Of a DNA stretch of 64,000 bases, positions 20,076-30,428 are shown one piece after another. How positions within the stretch are numbered: the first letter of the stretch is position 1; every line of letters begins with the position of its first letter. Source of the DNA: Bacteroidales bacterium (GTDB taxonomy: Bacteria; Bacteroidota; Bacteroidia; Bacteroidales; UBA7960); NCBI GenBank assembly GCA_019429365.1, contig JAHYJD010000004.1, forward strand, positions 26,663 through 90,662, read 5' to 3'. The notes below the pieces were generated by a model. It was not told the DNA's origin. It saw only the letters and a list, made by a program, of their open reading frames with translations, and did no database searches. Position numbers and translations under genes: made by a program.

Positions 20076-20645
20076 ATGAAGGTTTGTGTTTTTTGTTCAT
20101 CGAGCGATTATATTGAGCAGCAGTATTTTGACGAGGCTCGCGCCTTTGGCAACCTGATTGCCAACAATAACTACGATTTGATATACGGGGGCACAACGGT
20201 TGGGTTGATGGGTGAAATTGCACGTTCAGTAAAAGAAGGCAATGGGCAAATTACCGGCGTTATTCCGGATTTGATTCATAAAAGGGGTATTGCCTTTGAA
20301 GGTGTCGACAACCTGATCGTTACCCGCGATCTGCGCGAGCGTAAAGCCACCATGGAGACCCTTTCAGATGCTTTTGTGGCCCTGCCGGGGGGCTTTGGCA
20401 CCATCGAAGAATTGCTCGAAATAATCACGCTTAAGCAACTACAGGTGCACCAAAAACCCATTGTGCTGATCAATACCAACGGCTTCTTCAACTCACTGAA
20501 CGCTTTCTTCGACCAGGTGTATTACGAGCGGTTTGCTTCAGAGCGCTTTCGCGGAATGTATTATTTTGCCAAAGACTCTTGGGATGCCATTACCTATCTG
20601 AAAAATTACCGCCCTGGTTTTGCTGGCGATAAATGGTCGGAATAG
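20076..20645 (+). CDS. LOG family (TIGR00730) nucleotide phosphoribohydrolase
   Basis: VCVFCSSS, YGGTTVGLMG, ERK, PGGFGTIEE. Confidence 0.92.
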   Translation: MKVCVFCSSSDYIEQQYFDEARAFGNLIANNNYDLIYGGTTVGLMGEIARSVKEGNGQITGVIPDLIHKRGIAFEGVDNLIVTRDLRERKATMETLSDAFVALPGGFGTIEELLEIITLKQLQVHQKPIVLINTNGFFNSLNAFFDQVYYERFASERFRGMYYFAKDSWDAITYLKNYRPGFAGDKWSE

Positions 20646-20766
20646 TAAGAAATAATCTGCAAGGCGAAGTAAACATACTGAAAAAATATCTATATTTGTA
20701 TAGGAATCCGCCAATGCCGGCCATGGTTTATGCCGGAAGTCAGCAAGGGCATCAAGCAGTGGCGCC

Positions 20767-21699
20767 ATGGATTACTCCAGAAATAAAATCTTGGTTCCTG
20801 TCGATTTCGGCGAAAATTCAGACCGTATCATTGAGCAGTCATATTCGGTGGCCCAGGTTTTCGATGCTGAGATCCTGCTGCTACATGTTATTGAAGACCA
20901 GGCCGGTGTGAGCAAGTTCATTTCGCCCGAAGAATACCTCAACCGTTTGATGGGCCATGCCAAAAAGCAGTTCGATTATATTGAGAATTTTGTTGAAAGC
21001 TCAGTTGCTGAGGCCCGGGTGCCGGTTTCCTACATTATTAAAAAAGGAAAAGTTTACGAACAGATTATCGAAACCGCCCTCGATCAGGACGTTATTCTTA
21101 TTGTGATGGGATGCGATGCGGGCGAGTCGAAGCGCAGCAGGCTGTTTCTGGGGAGTAACACCTTCAACGTTGTACGCGGAGCTCACTGTCCGGTCATTAC
21201 CCTGAAGGGCAACAAGGTTTTTCCTGCTTTCAAAAATATCCTTGTGCCGCTCGATTTTACCGGACAAACCAAGAAGCAAGTGCAGAAAGCCATTGATTTT
21301 GGAAAGTTTTTAGGTGCAACCATTCACCTTATTTCGGTTACTCCTGACAACCACAAGATTAAAAAACTCATGAAGAATGTGCAAATCAACCAGGTGCGCA
21401 ACGCCATAGCGCGTCGCGGAATTAATTGCACCACCGAGATCATCAACGACAATAATACAAGCATCGCTGAAAGCATCTGTAAGAGAGCTGCTGGCAAGGA
21501 AGCTGATATGATAATAATCATGACTCAGCAAAAGAAAAATTTTGCCCGTTTCTTTGTGGGGTCCATTGCGCAGGAGATTATTTTCATGGCCTGTGTACCG
21601 GTATTAAGCATCACGCCCCGGGCTGAGTTCAGGCCGCAAGTGGTCACTTCTTTTATTGATCCGCTGGGGTTAATGAATCCCAAACCAAAAAATGAATAG
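20767..21699 (+). CDS. Tandem-domain universal stress protein
   Basis: KILVPVDF...LLHVI; LGSNTFNVV; second domain NILVPLDF...VGSIAQEII. Confidence 0.9.
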   Translation: MDYSRNKILVPVDFGENSDRIIEQSYSVAQVFDAEILLLHVIEDQAGVSKFISPEEYLNRLMGHAKKQFDYIENFVESSVAEARVPVSYIIKKGKVYEQIIETALDQDVILIVMGCDAGESKRSRLFLGSNTFNVVRGAHCPVITLKGNKVFPAFKNILVPLDFTGQTKKQVQKAIDFGKFLGATIHLISVTPDNHKIKKLMKNVQINQVRNAIARRGINCTTEIINDNNTSIAESICKRAAGKEADMIIIMTQQKKNFARFFVGSIAQEIIFMACVPVLSITPRAEFRPQVVTSFIDPLGLMNPKPKNE

Positions 21700-21792
21700 G
21701 AGGGGTTCTGGCAGGGATTTTAAATTTGCATCAGAATAAATTTCTCATTTTTTCTTACATTTACTCGCCTTTTAATCCTAAAACTCTTTTGG

Positions 21793-22689
21793 ATGGCTAA
21801 ACTGTTGCGTGAAAATATTTTGGTGCCTACCGACTTAACTGATGTGGCAAACTTCTCGATGGATCATGCCACTGAAATTGCCAAAATTTTCAACCATAAA
21901 ATTGTGCTGCTGCACGTGGTTGGGAAAAAAGTGCTGGGCACACCCAGGGAGAAAGAAATAGAAAAAAAGCTTAAGGAGGCGATGGCGCAGATAAAAAGCC
22001 GGGCAAAACTTAAGGTCTCTTACCTGATTGAAGAGGGAACTATTTTCACTACCATAAGCAAGGTGGCCGACCGCATCCGTGCCGAGTTTATTGTAATGGG
22101 TATTCATGGCAAGAAAGGCGTGCAGCATATTATGGGCAGTTATGCCTACAAGGTGGTTTGCAGTGTGAATGTGCCCGTTATGGTGGTTAAACATTTGCAC
22201 CACCATGTGGGATATAAAAATATTGCTCTTCCCATTGACTTTTCGCAGGAGAGCACGCAGAAGATCATAAAAGCCGCGAAGTTTTCCAATTATTTCGGGG
22301 CAAACATCAGGGTCTTTGGATTCTTGGGTACCCGCAACAAGGCCACGATCTTTAAAAAAGAAGCGCTGCTTAAAAAGGTGAAAGATACCTTTGGCGACCT
22401 GGGGCTCGATGTTACTACCGACCTTTGTATTGATCCAAACATCGACTGGCCAGAAGCCCTAATGACCTTTGCCGATAAAATTGAAGCCGACCTCATCCTT
22501 ATTGTGGCCGAGAAAGGCAGTAGCATTCCGGATATTTTTTCTCAGAACTCCACTGAAAGAATCATTGACAAGGCCGATGTTCCCATACTTACGGTGGTAC
22601 CCACCCAGGAGGATGGCGACAGCAGCCTGGAAAAAAGTCTGGTAGTGCGCTCTTTTATTGATCCAATGGGACTTACCGGAAAAGTTTAA
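21793..22689 (+). CDS. Tandem-domain universal stress protein
   Basis: NILVPTDL...LLHVV; VMGIHGKKG...GSYAYKVV; NIALPIDF. Confidence 0.9.
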   Translation: MAKLLRENILVPTDLTDVANFSMDHATEIAKIFNHKIVLLHVVGKKVLGTPREKEIEKKLKEAMAQIKSRAKLKVSYLIEEGTIFTTISKVADRIRAEFIVMGIHGKKGVQHIMGSYAYKVVCSVNVPVMVVKHLHHHVGYKNIALPIDFSQESTQKIIKAAKFSNYFGANIRVFGFLGTRNKATIFKKEALLKKVKDTFGDLGLDVTTDLCIDPNIDWPEALMTFADKIEADLILIVAEKGSSIPDIFSQNSTERIIDKADVPILTVVPTQEDGDSSLEKSLVVRSFIDPMGLTGKV

Positions 22690-23954
22690 CTGTCCGTAGA
22701 CTCCTTTTGTGCGTCGAAAATCAGTTTAAATCCAATTTGCCTCAGGCAATCCCAGTAGCCGGGAAACGACTTGTTCACCACTTCGGGGTCGTAAATGCCC
22801 ACCTGTCCCAGTTTTAGTGCCAGGGGAGCACATGCCATGGCCATGCGATGGTCGTTGTAAGTCTTGAAGTTAACCTGCCTTTGTAATTGGGGCCAGGCAG
22901 TCTTTCGCAACTGCCAGATTCCTTCTTCTCGTGCAGCCAGCGAGAAGCCCAATTTAACCAGTTCGCCCTGCAAAGCCTTAATGCGGTCGGTTTCCTTTAG
23001 TGGCAGGGTTTCCAGGCCCCTGAAAACGGCCTGAATGTCGTTGCCGGCAAATGCCATGGCCATGGCCTGGGCAAGGTCGGGGTTCTCAATAAAACTGAAT
23101 GATACAAACTCCGGATGCCCTTTCGTCTTTTCGGCATAAGCCCCTTCCTGAGTAAATCGTGTGGTAATGCCAAGATGCCCGAACCATTGCCACAGTATCT
23201 CATCGCCCTGCAAACTTTTCGCCGAAAGGCCCGGAAAAAATAAACTGCCCTTTTCGGAGAGCAACAAAAGTTCGTAAAAGTAGGATGCACCTGACCAGTC
23301 GCGTTCAATGGTGATTTCGTGGGCTTGATACTTTCCGGGTAAAATTTTGATGACATTGCGTTCCCAGCGAGCCTCAATGCCAAAATTGCTCATGAGGCCC
23401 AGGGTCATTTTTATGTATTCGGAAGAAACAGGAATCCCGCTGAGGGTAATTTCCAGGCCTTCCTCGAGAGAGGGTGCAATAAGCAACAAACTGCTGATAA
23501 ACTGACTGCTTATGCCAGCATCGATTTGAATCTTTCCGCCCCTGAGCTTTTGACCTTTAATTTTCAGCGGTGGAAAACCAGTTTTTTCGGAATATGAAAT
23601 GTTAGCGCCCAATTGCTGAAGGGCATTTACCAATGGGGCAATAGGTCTTTGCTTCATGCGCTCCGAACCGGTAAGATAAAAAGTACCCGGCCGCGTGGCA
23701 AGATACGAAGTAAGAAAACGCATGGCCGTGCCGGTATGTCCTGCATCGATATCGTGCGTTACCCCCTCGGAATCCAGGGCGGTTACAAGTGTTTTGGTGT
23801 CTTCGGCCTCGGAAAGGTTGTGTATAGGGAAATCGTTCTGGCACAAAGCCCTGATTATCAGCACCCTGTTTGAAATGCTCTTTGAGGCAGGCAACTGTAT
23901 GGTTCCATTTATGATACCATCTGCCGGTGCACTAACCAGCAACAAATTTTCCAT
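22686..23954 (-). CDS. aroA: 3-phosphoshikimate 1-carboxyvinyltransferase
   Basis: LPASKSISNR, GTAMRFL, ISSQFISSL, KETDRI, DHRMAM, KSFPGYW. Confidence 0.97.
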   Translation of the reverse strand: MENLLLVSAPADGIINGTIQLPASKSISNRVLIIRALCQNDFPIHNLSEAEDTKTLVTALDSEGVTHDIDAGHTGTAMRFLTSYLATRPGTFYLTGSERMKQRPIAPLVNALQQLGANISYSEKTGFPPLKIKGQKLRGGKIQIDAGISSQFISSLLLIAPSLEEGLEITLSGIPVSSEYIKMTLGLMSNFGIEARWERNVIKILPGKYQAHEITIERDWSGASYFYELLLLSEKGSLFFPGLSAKSLQGDEILWQWFGHLGITTRFTQEGAYAEKTKGHPEFVSFSFIENPDLAQAMAMAFAGNDIQAVFRGLETLPLKETDRIKALQGELVKLGFSLAAREEGIWQLRKTAWPQLQRQVNFKTYNDHRMAMACAPLALKLGQVGIYDPEVVNKSFPGYWDCLRQIGFKLIFDAQKESTDS

Positions 23955-23963
23955 GACAATGGC

Positions 23964-25046
23964 TTAATTGTTTTTTAAAATTTCTTTTAGCTCATGTAAA
24001 GCGCTCAGAATGTCGTCGGTTTTGCATTCCACATCTGTGACTGCCAGTCCGGGCCGGCGAAGCAAGCTGAAGCCTGTTATGCCTCCCACGCTTTTTTTGT
24101 CGTGCTGGATAAGGTCGGTTATTGCGCTGATGCAGTTGCTGGAAAGATCGTATAGCACGGCAAAGTCAATGAGCCCGGAAAGAATTTCTTCGGTTTCTTC
24201 GTTGCTCAGGAAGTTCATTTTTTCTGACAACATTGTTTCTGCCATCATACCCAGTATCACCGATTCGCCATGCAAAAGGGGGTTTTCGTCGTGTAGCAGC
24301 GAGTAGCTTTCCAAAGCATGGCCAATTGTGTGGCCGAAGTTCAGCGCTTTGCGGATGTTTTTTTCCAGGGGGTCGCGCTGCACGATATCCGATTTTATCT
24401 CTACAGAAATTCTGATCTGTTCGGTGGTAACTTCTTCAGGACCGGCCTGTGCCAGTTCCTCAAAGAACGAATACTCAGAAATCAGCCCGTGCTTAAGCAT
24501 TTCGGCAAACCCGTTGTTTAATTCTCTTTCGGGCAGGGTGCGCAGAAATTTGGGGTCGATAAAAACGGCCATGGGCTGGTTGAAGGTTCCGAGGATATTT
24601 TTTAAGCCCTTCAGGTCGATACCTGTTTTTCCGCCAATGCTTGCATCGGCCATAGCCATAAGGCTGGTGGGCATATGAATGAACCGTATGCCTCTTTTGA
24701 ATACAGAGGCTGCAAAACCGCCAAGGTCGCAAACAACCCCTCCGCCAAGGTTAATAAGCACCGAATTGCGTTCGGCCAGTTTGTCGGTCAGTATTTCCCA
24801 AACCGAATGACAGGTTTCGAGGGTTTTGTGCTTTTCGCCGGCCGGCACTTCAATAATTTTCAGAGGAAAGTCCTCGTGAAGTTTTTTGCGCAGCAGCGGC
24901 AGGCAATGCTTATGGGTGTTCTCGTCGGTAAGCACAAAGAGGGTTTCGCCTGATCTTACATGAAAATCGAGGAAACGGCCAAAATGCGCATAATCGTCGT
25001 CCTCAAAAAATACCGGATGGTTAAGCACGCGGTTTTCCTGACTCAT
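23964..25046 (-). CDS. aroB: 3-dehydroquinate synthase
   Basis: GGGVVCDLGGF, PTSLMAMADASIGGKTG, LNFGHTIGHALE, LHGESV. Confidence 0.96.
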   Translation of the reverse strand: MSQENRVLNHPVFFEDDDYAHFGRFLDFHVRSGETLFVLTDENTHKHCLPLLRKKLHEDFPLKIIEVPAGEKHKTLETCHSVWEILTDKLAERNSVLINLGGGVVCDLGGFAASVFKRGIRFIHMPTSLMAMADASIGGKTGIDLKGLKNILGTFNQPMAVFIDPKFLRTLPERELNNGFAEMLKHGLISEYSFFEELAQAGPEEVTTEQIRISVEIKSDIVQRDPLEKNIRKALNFGHTIGHALESYSLLHDENPLLHGESVILGMMAETMLSEKMNFLSNEETEEILSGLIDFAVLYDLSSNCISAITDLIQHDKKSVGGITGFSLLRRPGLAVTDVECKTDDILSALHELKEILKNN

Positions 25047-25185
25047 GGCAAGCTGTTTTTTTTCTGACAAATTTATTTAAACTACAGAATTTCTTACAAT
25101 TTACGCAATTCTTTTCATACACTTTGTATTTGAATAAACTTCCAAGCAGGGAATTCGTTAATTTTGACACAAAATTTTCTTTCTC

Positions 25186-26364
25186 ATGCTCTCCTTTGAT
25201 AATACACAAGTGGCTTTTCATGACAAAAGCAACAGTGAACTGAAAAAAGCCTGGTGGCTTTTTCGTATGATTGGCAATCCTACCCTGGTGAAAGCTGGGG
25301 CTGGTCTAACCCGATTTGCGCTTTCTGCCAGGCTGCCCGTTTCCTGGGCGCTAAAACCTACAGTTTTCAGTCATTTCTGCGGGGGCGAAACGATCGACTC
25401 ATGCGATCCTACCATTGCCCGCCTGGGCCGCTCCAACATCAAAACCATTCTCGACTATTCGGCCGAAGGCAAAGAAACCGACAAAGATTTCGATTATACC
25501 CGCGACCAGATTCTGGCCACCATGGAAAAGGCAAGAAACAATCCCGATATTCCCTACGCGGTTTTCAAACCCACGGGGGTAGCGCGTTTTGGTTTGCTTG
25601 AAAAGGTGCAGGCAAGAGAACCCCTCAGCATAGAAGAACAGCAGGAGTTTGAAAGGGTAAAGGGTCGCTACCTGACCATTTGTCAGCGAGCAAAAGAATT
25701 GGAAATTCCCGTTATGGTGGATGCCGAAGAAACCTGGATTCAGTCTATTGTTGATGAAATGGTTGAGGAAATGATGATTCGCTTCAACCGCGAAAAGCCT
25801 TTGGTTTATACCACCCTGCAAATGTACCGGCACGACCGCATTGGATATCTCCAAAGCCTGGTGGAGCGCATGCGCGAAAAGGGGGTGTATACCGGCGTGA
25901 AACTGGTAAGGGGCGCCTATATGGAAAAGGAGAGGGAGCGGGCTGCAGAAAGAGGGTATCCCTCGCCCATTTATGACGATAAACCGGGCACCGACAAAGG
26001 TTATGACGATGCGGTGGCCTTTTGTATTGATAACATTAAGGATGTGGCGGTTTGCGTGGGCACCCACAACGAACTGAGCTGCAAAAGAGGGGCGGAAAAA
26101 ATGATCAGCCTGGGCATTGCCAGAAATCATGCGCATGTTTCCTTCTCACAGTTGTTGGGCATGAGCGACCACATTAGCTATAACATGGCTGCCGGGGGCT
26201 TCAATGTGACCAAGTATGTGCCTTACGGACCGGTAAAAACGGTGGTGCCTTACCTTATCAGACGTGCTGAAGAAAATACCTCTGTGGCCGGACAAACCTC
26301 GCGCGAACTGTTTCTGCTGAATACCGAATTGAAAAGGCGCAAACAAAAAAGAATTGATGGTTAA
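25186..26364 (+). CDS. Monofunctional proline dehydrogenase
   Basis: HFCGGET, VDAEE, KLVRGAYMEKE, THN, QLLGM, KYVPYGP, YLIRRAEEN. Confidence 0.93.
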   Translation: MLSFDNTQVAFHDKSNSELKKAWWLFRMIGNPTLVKAGAGLTRFALSARLPVSWALKPTVFSHFCGGETIDSCDPTIARLGRSNIKTILDYSAEGKETDKDFDYTRDQILATMEKARNNPDIPYAVFKPTGVARFGLLEKVQAREPLSIEEQQEFERVKGRYLTICQRAKELEIPVMVDAEETWIQSIVDEMVEEMMIRFNREKPLVYTTLQMYRHDRIGYLQSLVERMREKGVYTGVKLVRGAYMEKERERAAERGYPSPIYDDKPGTDKGYDDAVAFCIDNIKDVAVCVGTHNELSCKRGAEKMISLGIARNHAHVSFSQLLGMSDHISYNMAAGGFNVTKYVPYGPVKTVVPYLIRRAEENTSVAGQTSRELFLLNTELKRRKQKRIDG

Positions 26365-26469
26365 TGAATGATGATTTATGAATCGCGGCCTTGATTCATT
26401 TATTGCAGCATTTTTCAAAATCATTTACCGAAAAGCTTAAACCGTGAGCTCAGCGAAGCTGACCCCAAA

Positions 26470-27276
26470 TCAATAATCCCTGGATCGTTGACGAACAGCT
26501 TCGAATGTCACAATAGCCATGGAAGCTGAAACATTCAGGGAGTCGATAATGCCTTTCATTGGAATTTTGATCACTTGCTCTGCTTTTTCAAACCAAACAG
26601 GGCTCAGACCCTGGTCTTCGGCTCCAAATGCAATGGCTGATGCCTTTCGGAAATCAGCATCAAAATAAAAATGCGGAGTCTGTGGTGCCGCAGCAAAAAC
26701 CTGGATGCTGTTCTTTTTGCACCAATTCAGTGCTTCCTGGCTGGTGCACATTATAACTTTTTGGCTGAAGACGCAGCCCAGGCTGGCCCTGATGGCGTTG
26801 GGGTTGTAAAGATCGGTTCTGGCATTGCAAAGCAATACCGCATCGGCAGCCGCTGCATCGGTGGTTCGCAATATGGCCCCCATGTTGCCAGGCTTTTCCA
26901 CACCCTCAAGCATAATAATTAATGAATTTGGATTGGGATTGAAATCGTCCAGGCTCAGGTGCCTGCTTTTCCCAATCAGAAGGATTCCCTCGGCATTTTC
27001 GCGGTAAGCCATTTTGTTGTAAACGGCAGCAGATACTTCTGCCAGTTTTTGGTCGTGAAAGGTTTCCACCGGAATGGGATAAACCGGGTCGGGTTTATAG
27101 ATTTCGCCACACCATATCAATTTCTCTGCCTCAAAGCCATAGCGCAAAGCCAGTGAAACTTCGCGCCGACCCTCAGCCACAAACATACCGCTCGATTTTC
27201 TTTCCGAGGCTTTTTGCTGAAGCTTTACAATGCTTTTTATCAGCGGGTTTTGAAGGCTTGTAATCAATGTGGTCAT
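26470..27276 (-). CDS. TrmH/SpoU family RNA methyltransferase
   Basis: ITSLQNP, EKPGNMGAILRT, FGAEDQGL, IPMKGIIDSLNVS. Confidence 0.93.
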   Translation of the reverse strand: MTTLITSLQNPLIKSIVKLQQKASERKSSGMFVAEGRREVSLALRYGFEAEKLIWCGEIYKPDPVYPIPVETFHDQKLAEVSAAVYNKMAYRENAEGILLIGKSRHLSLDDFNPNPNSLIIMLEGVEKPGNMGAILRTTDAAAADAVLLCNARTDLYNPNAIRASLGCVFSQKVIMCTSQEALNWCKKNSIQVFAAAPQTPHFYFDADFRKASAIAFGAEDQGLSPVWFEKAEQVIKIPMKGIIDSLNVSASMAIVTFEAVRQRSRDY

Positions 27277-27292
27277 GATTTTTTTCGCTTAG

Positions 27293-29725
27293 CTAAGAAA
27301 CGGATTTTTTTTGAAATATTTGGCCGCTGAAGGAAAAGGCTATGGCTGCAAAAAGGTAGGTCAGCGCGGCTATTATAATTACAGTTTGGAATCCACTTTC
27401 AACGGCAATAAGAGTGGCCAATGAGGTGCTGATAACCGACAGGCAGCCGTTTATTCCCCATGCCCAGGGAACTTGCTCCGGGTTATGCTTGTCGAGAAAA
27501 CGAATCCCCAGTGGGAAAAGCATTCCCATAACAAAAGCAGGAATGCCGATGGCCAACAGGCTTATGGTAATCTTAAATACATGGCCAAGCGCAATGCTGG
27601 CTTGAAGCAAGGGCGTCAGCACAAAGGCAAAAAGCAGCAACAGGCCCGCCACCAACATGGCAATACTTCTGATTCGTCTGGCACTTGCATTCATTTTCTG
27701 CGAAAGCCTGCTGCCCAGCCCACTGAAAAGCATCATGATGCTAATGACAGCTGCGACCGCAAAAACCGGTTGCCCTAAATACAACACAAAGCGTTGAATA
27801 AGAATAATTTCTGCAAACATATAGCCTAAACCCAGGGCTCCGAAATACAACAATGTGGCTGATTTTTTATGCTGGCTCTTTTTCAGGGCAAACAATGGGG
27901 ATACAATCAGTATCAGCGCCAGTATTGTACTTTGGATCAGGGTTATGATCAGGGTCAGATATCCCAGCTCCAGAAAGGGCATTTGTTCTTCCCCGAAGAT
28001 TTCTGACAGATGCCGGAGGCTTCCAAGCCTCAGAAACTGCGAAAAATATGGTTTGTTGTCGGTAGAGGGAGCTATTGCAAATCCGTAATCTTCAAGGGCG
28101 AGAGGGTCACGGGCCATTATCCGGTCGAGGTGTTCAAAATACTGGGTGTCGCCGGTCATGTTAAACTGCTGTCGGTCCTTTGGGTCAAGCCCAGGGAGCA
28201 ACAAAGGGTCGAAAAACATTTCGTTGCAGTATTGCCTGATTGCAATCAGGTCATTCTCAGAAAGGGGTTCTTTTTTTAAGATGAAAGTGACGGTTCCCCA
28301 TGAGCGTATGGCTGCCAGGTGCTGCATGGGGTCCTCAATGCCGCTAATGAGCGCGGCTTCGACCAGGGTGGCCGGAATCTTCAGGCTGGTTCGCGGAGGA
28401 TAGTCAAGCCAGGTAGATACGGCAATCATGCCTCCCGGATTAAGCTTTTGCAGCATGAGCTGAAACCCCTCCAGGGTGTAGCTGTATTCTTCGCGCAAAG
28501 CATTCAGGCCCGAAGTGCCTCCAAAGCCTTCGAGCAAAGGCAGAACGATCAGGTCATAGTGTCTGGTGCTATGTCTGGCCAGGAAGTTTCTGGCCTGCAG
28601 CGTGTGTGCTTTTACACCCGGTGCCTGAAACAGGCCCCCTGAGGCTTGCAACAGGTCGTTTTTCATCAGACCGACAACTGCACGGTTCTCAATCACGGCG
28701 TCGATCTTTTCGACTCCGTTTGACAAGGCATGAGAAACCGCCACCCCGGTGCCGGCATTTATGCATAGCACGTTTTGCGGGTCTGAAATCACATAAGGGA
28801 GCTGCTGTGTGGTGAAGTTCAGGATGTGTTCATTTGGATTGGCTGAAGGTGGAAGAATGTGCCCATAAAAGTCACCATTTACAAAAACGGCTTTGCCTCC
28901 TGGTATTTCTTTGGTGTAGGAAAAACTTACCGCCGGGGCAAACCGCTGGGCAGATGAGTGCACCACCTGAACCAGTCCGTAAACCGAAGGGGTGGTATGC
29001 GTGATTTTAGCTTCGGGCAAGTGAAGCGTCTTTTCCAGTGCCTTGTATTCTGATAATTGAAGTTGCTGGTTGGTTGAAAACAGAACGAGCGCAAGCAGCA
29101 AGCCCGCTGCACCCACCGGAGCATTCCATTTAATGCTGCGGTGATCGCTCAGAAGCAGGCCCGAAACGATGGGAAGCAGGCCAATGATCAACGGCACCCT
29201 GAGTGGGAAAAAGACCGCCATAAGCCAAAGCGCAAGCAATCCGCCTGCTCCCGAACCAATTAAGTTGGAGAAATACAAAGACCCTATTTCACTGCTTTGC
29301 CTGATGAAAATTATGCCAATGGCCAGGGCACCGAAAAAAAATGGCAAAAAGAAAATCAGGTAGTTCATTAGCAGGGCAAGCCAGCCACCTCCCCCTGAAA
29401 AAAGCAGGAAAACGTCGAATTGTAAAAAACCGGTGCGGCTCAAGGGAAAAACCACCATCATGAGCACCCCGCTTAGCATCATTAATAAAGGAACCAGCAC
29501 GTGAGCATGTTTCAGGATTTTCTTTCTTGCCAGCGCAAGGAGGGTGCCGCTGGCGCCAAATCCCAGCATGGCAATGGAAATGATCATATAGGCAAAATGA
29601 TGCCACTGCACCACCGAGATTAGCTGCATCAGCGAAAGCTGAAAGGCAATGATGGCCGCTGAATGCAATCCAAGGCTGATCAGCAGGCGGTTGCTGACAT
29701 TTTCGGGAATTTTTCCAACAGCCAT
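27293..29725 (-). CDS. Large multi-pass membrane protein with a central spermidine-synthase-like (class I SAM-binding) domain
   Basis: N-terminal TM block (HHFAYMIISIAMLGFGASG), soluble domain (VLCINAGTG, YDLIVL, LNPGGMIAV, PSTDNKPYF) and C-terminal TM block (WAWGING). ATG at 29725 is 1 bp from the pcm stop. Confidence 0.8.
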   Translation of the reverse strand: MAVGKIPENVSNRLLISLGLHSAAIIAFQLSLMQLISVVQWHHFAYMIISIAMLGFGASGTLLALARKKILKHAHVLVPLLMMLSGVLMMVVFPLSRTGFLQFDVFLLFSGGGGWLALLMNYLIFFLPFFFGALAIGIIFIRQSSEIGSLYFSNLIGSGAGGLLALWLMAVFFPLRVPLIIGLLPIVSGLLLSDHRSIKWNAPVGAAGLLLALVLFSTNQQLQLSEYKALEKTLHLPEAKITHTTPSVYGLVQVVHSSAQRFAPAVSFSYTKEIPGGKAVFVNGDFYGHILPPSANPNEHILNFTTQQLPYVISDPQNVLCINAGTGVAVSHALSNGVEKIDAVIENRAVVGLMKNDLLQASGGLFQAPGVKAHTLQARNFLARHSTRHYDLIVLPLLEGFGGTSGLNALREEYSYTLEGFQLMLQKLNPGGMIAVSTWLDYPPRTSLKIPATLVEAALISGIEDPMQHLAAIRSWGTVTFILKKEPLSENDLIAIRQYCNEMFFDPLLLPGLDPKDRQQFNMTGDTQYFEHLDRIMARDPLALEDYGFAIAPSTDNKPYFSQFLRLGSLRHLSEIFGEEQMPFLELGYLTLIITLIQSTILALILIVSPLFALKKSQHKKSATLLYFGALGLGYMFAEIILIQRFVLYLGQPVFAVAAVISIMMLFSGLGSRLSQKMNASARRIRSIAMLVAGLLLLFAFVLTPLLQASIALGHVFKITISLLAIGIPAFVMGMLFPLGIRFLDKHNPEQVPWAWGINGCLSVISTSLATLIAVESGFQTVIIIAALTYLFAAIAFSFSGQIFQKKSVS

Positions 29726-29726
29726 C

Positions 29727-30428
29727 TTACTCGCTCCTTCTGAAAGGTACAAAACGCACCGGCATAAGGCTGCGGGTAGTATAGCGGCGGCTGCGCTTTT
29801 CTACCAGCATAAGCTGCTGAGTGAGGTAAGGTGACCCGACCGGAATGATCATTTTTCCGCCCTCTTTCAGTTGTTCGATCAATGGTGGGGGTATGGTGCC
29901 GGCTGCGGCGGTTACCACAATGGCATCAAAAGGCCCGGCTTCTTCCCAGCCGTGGTAGCCGTCGGCGATTTTAACGCTGACGTTGTCATACAACTCATTG
30001 AGCAGGCGACTGGCAGAGCGCCCAAGCTCCGGAACAATTTCGATGGTGTATACTTTATCCACAATTTCGGCCAGAATAGCAGCCTGGTAGCCCGACCCGG
30101 TGCCGATCTCCAGCACCTTATAATGGGGTTTGGGGTCGATCATCTGTGTCATATAGGCCACAATATAAGGCTGCGAAATGGTTTGTCCGTAGCCGATGGG
30201 CAATGGCCTGTCGGCATATGCAAAGCGCTGCTGATCGGCGGGCACAAAACGGTGGCGGGGAACCCGCTCCATGGCCTCCAGGGTGGGGGCATGATCAATG
30301 CCCCGGGCACGAATCTGTACATCAACCATCTGCTTTCGGCTGGCTGTATAAGGATCACTTCCGGGTTGAAAGGCAAGAATTAAAATGATACCGCCAAGGG
30401 CAAAAAGAAAAAGGAGTTTTCTGCTCAT
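29727..30428 (-). CDS. pcm: Protein-L-isoaspartate O-methyltransferase with an N-terminal signal/anchor sequence
   Basis: VPRHRFV, AYADRPLPIGYGQTISQPY, VLEIGTGSGYQAA, PFDAIVVTAA, VRFVPF; start MSRKLLFLFALGGIILILAF. Confidence 0.93.
   Translation of the reverse strand: MSRKLLFLFALGGIILILAFQPGSDPYTASRKQMVDVQIRARGIDHAPTLEAMERVPRHRFVPADQQRFAYADRPLPIGYGQTISQPYIVAYMTQMIDPKPHYKVLEIGTGSGYQAAILAEIVDKVYTIEIVPELGRSASRLLNELYDNVSVKIADGYHGWEEAGPFDAIVVTAAAGTIPPPLIEQLKEGGKMIIPVGSPYLTQQLMLVEKRSRRYTTRSLMPVRFVPFRRSE

Noticed and set aside
20076-20645. SLOG-type anti-phage or cytokinin system
   Set aside because: It is an ordinary stand-alone LOG protein with no effector or sensor neighbours.
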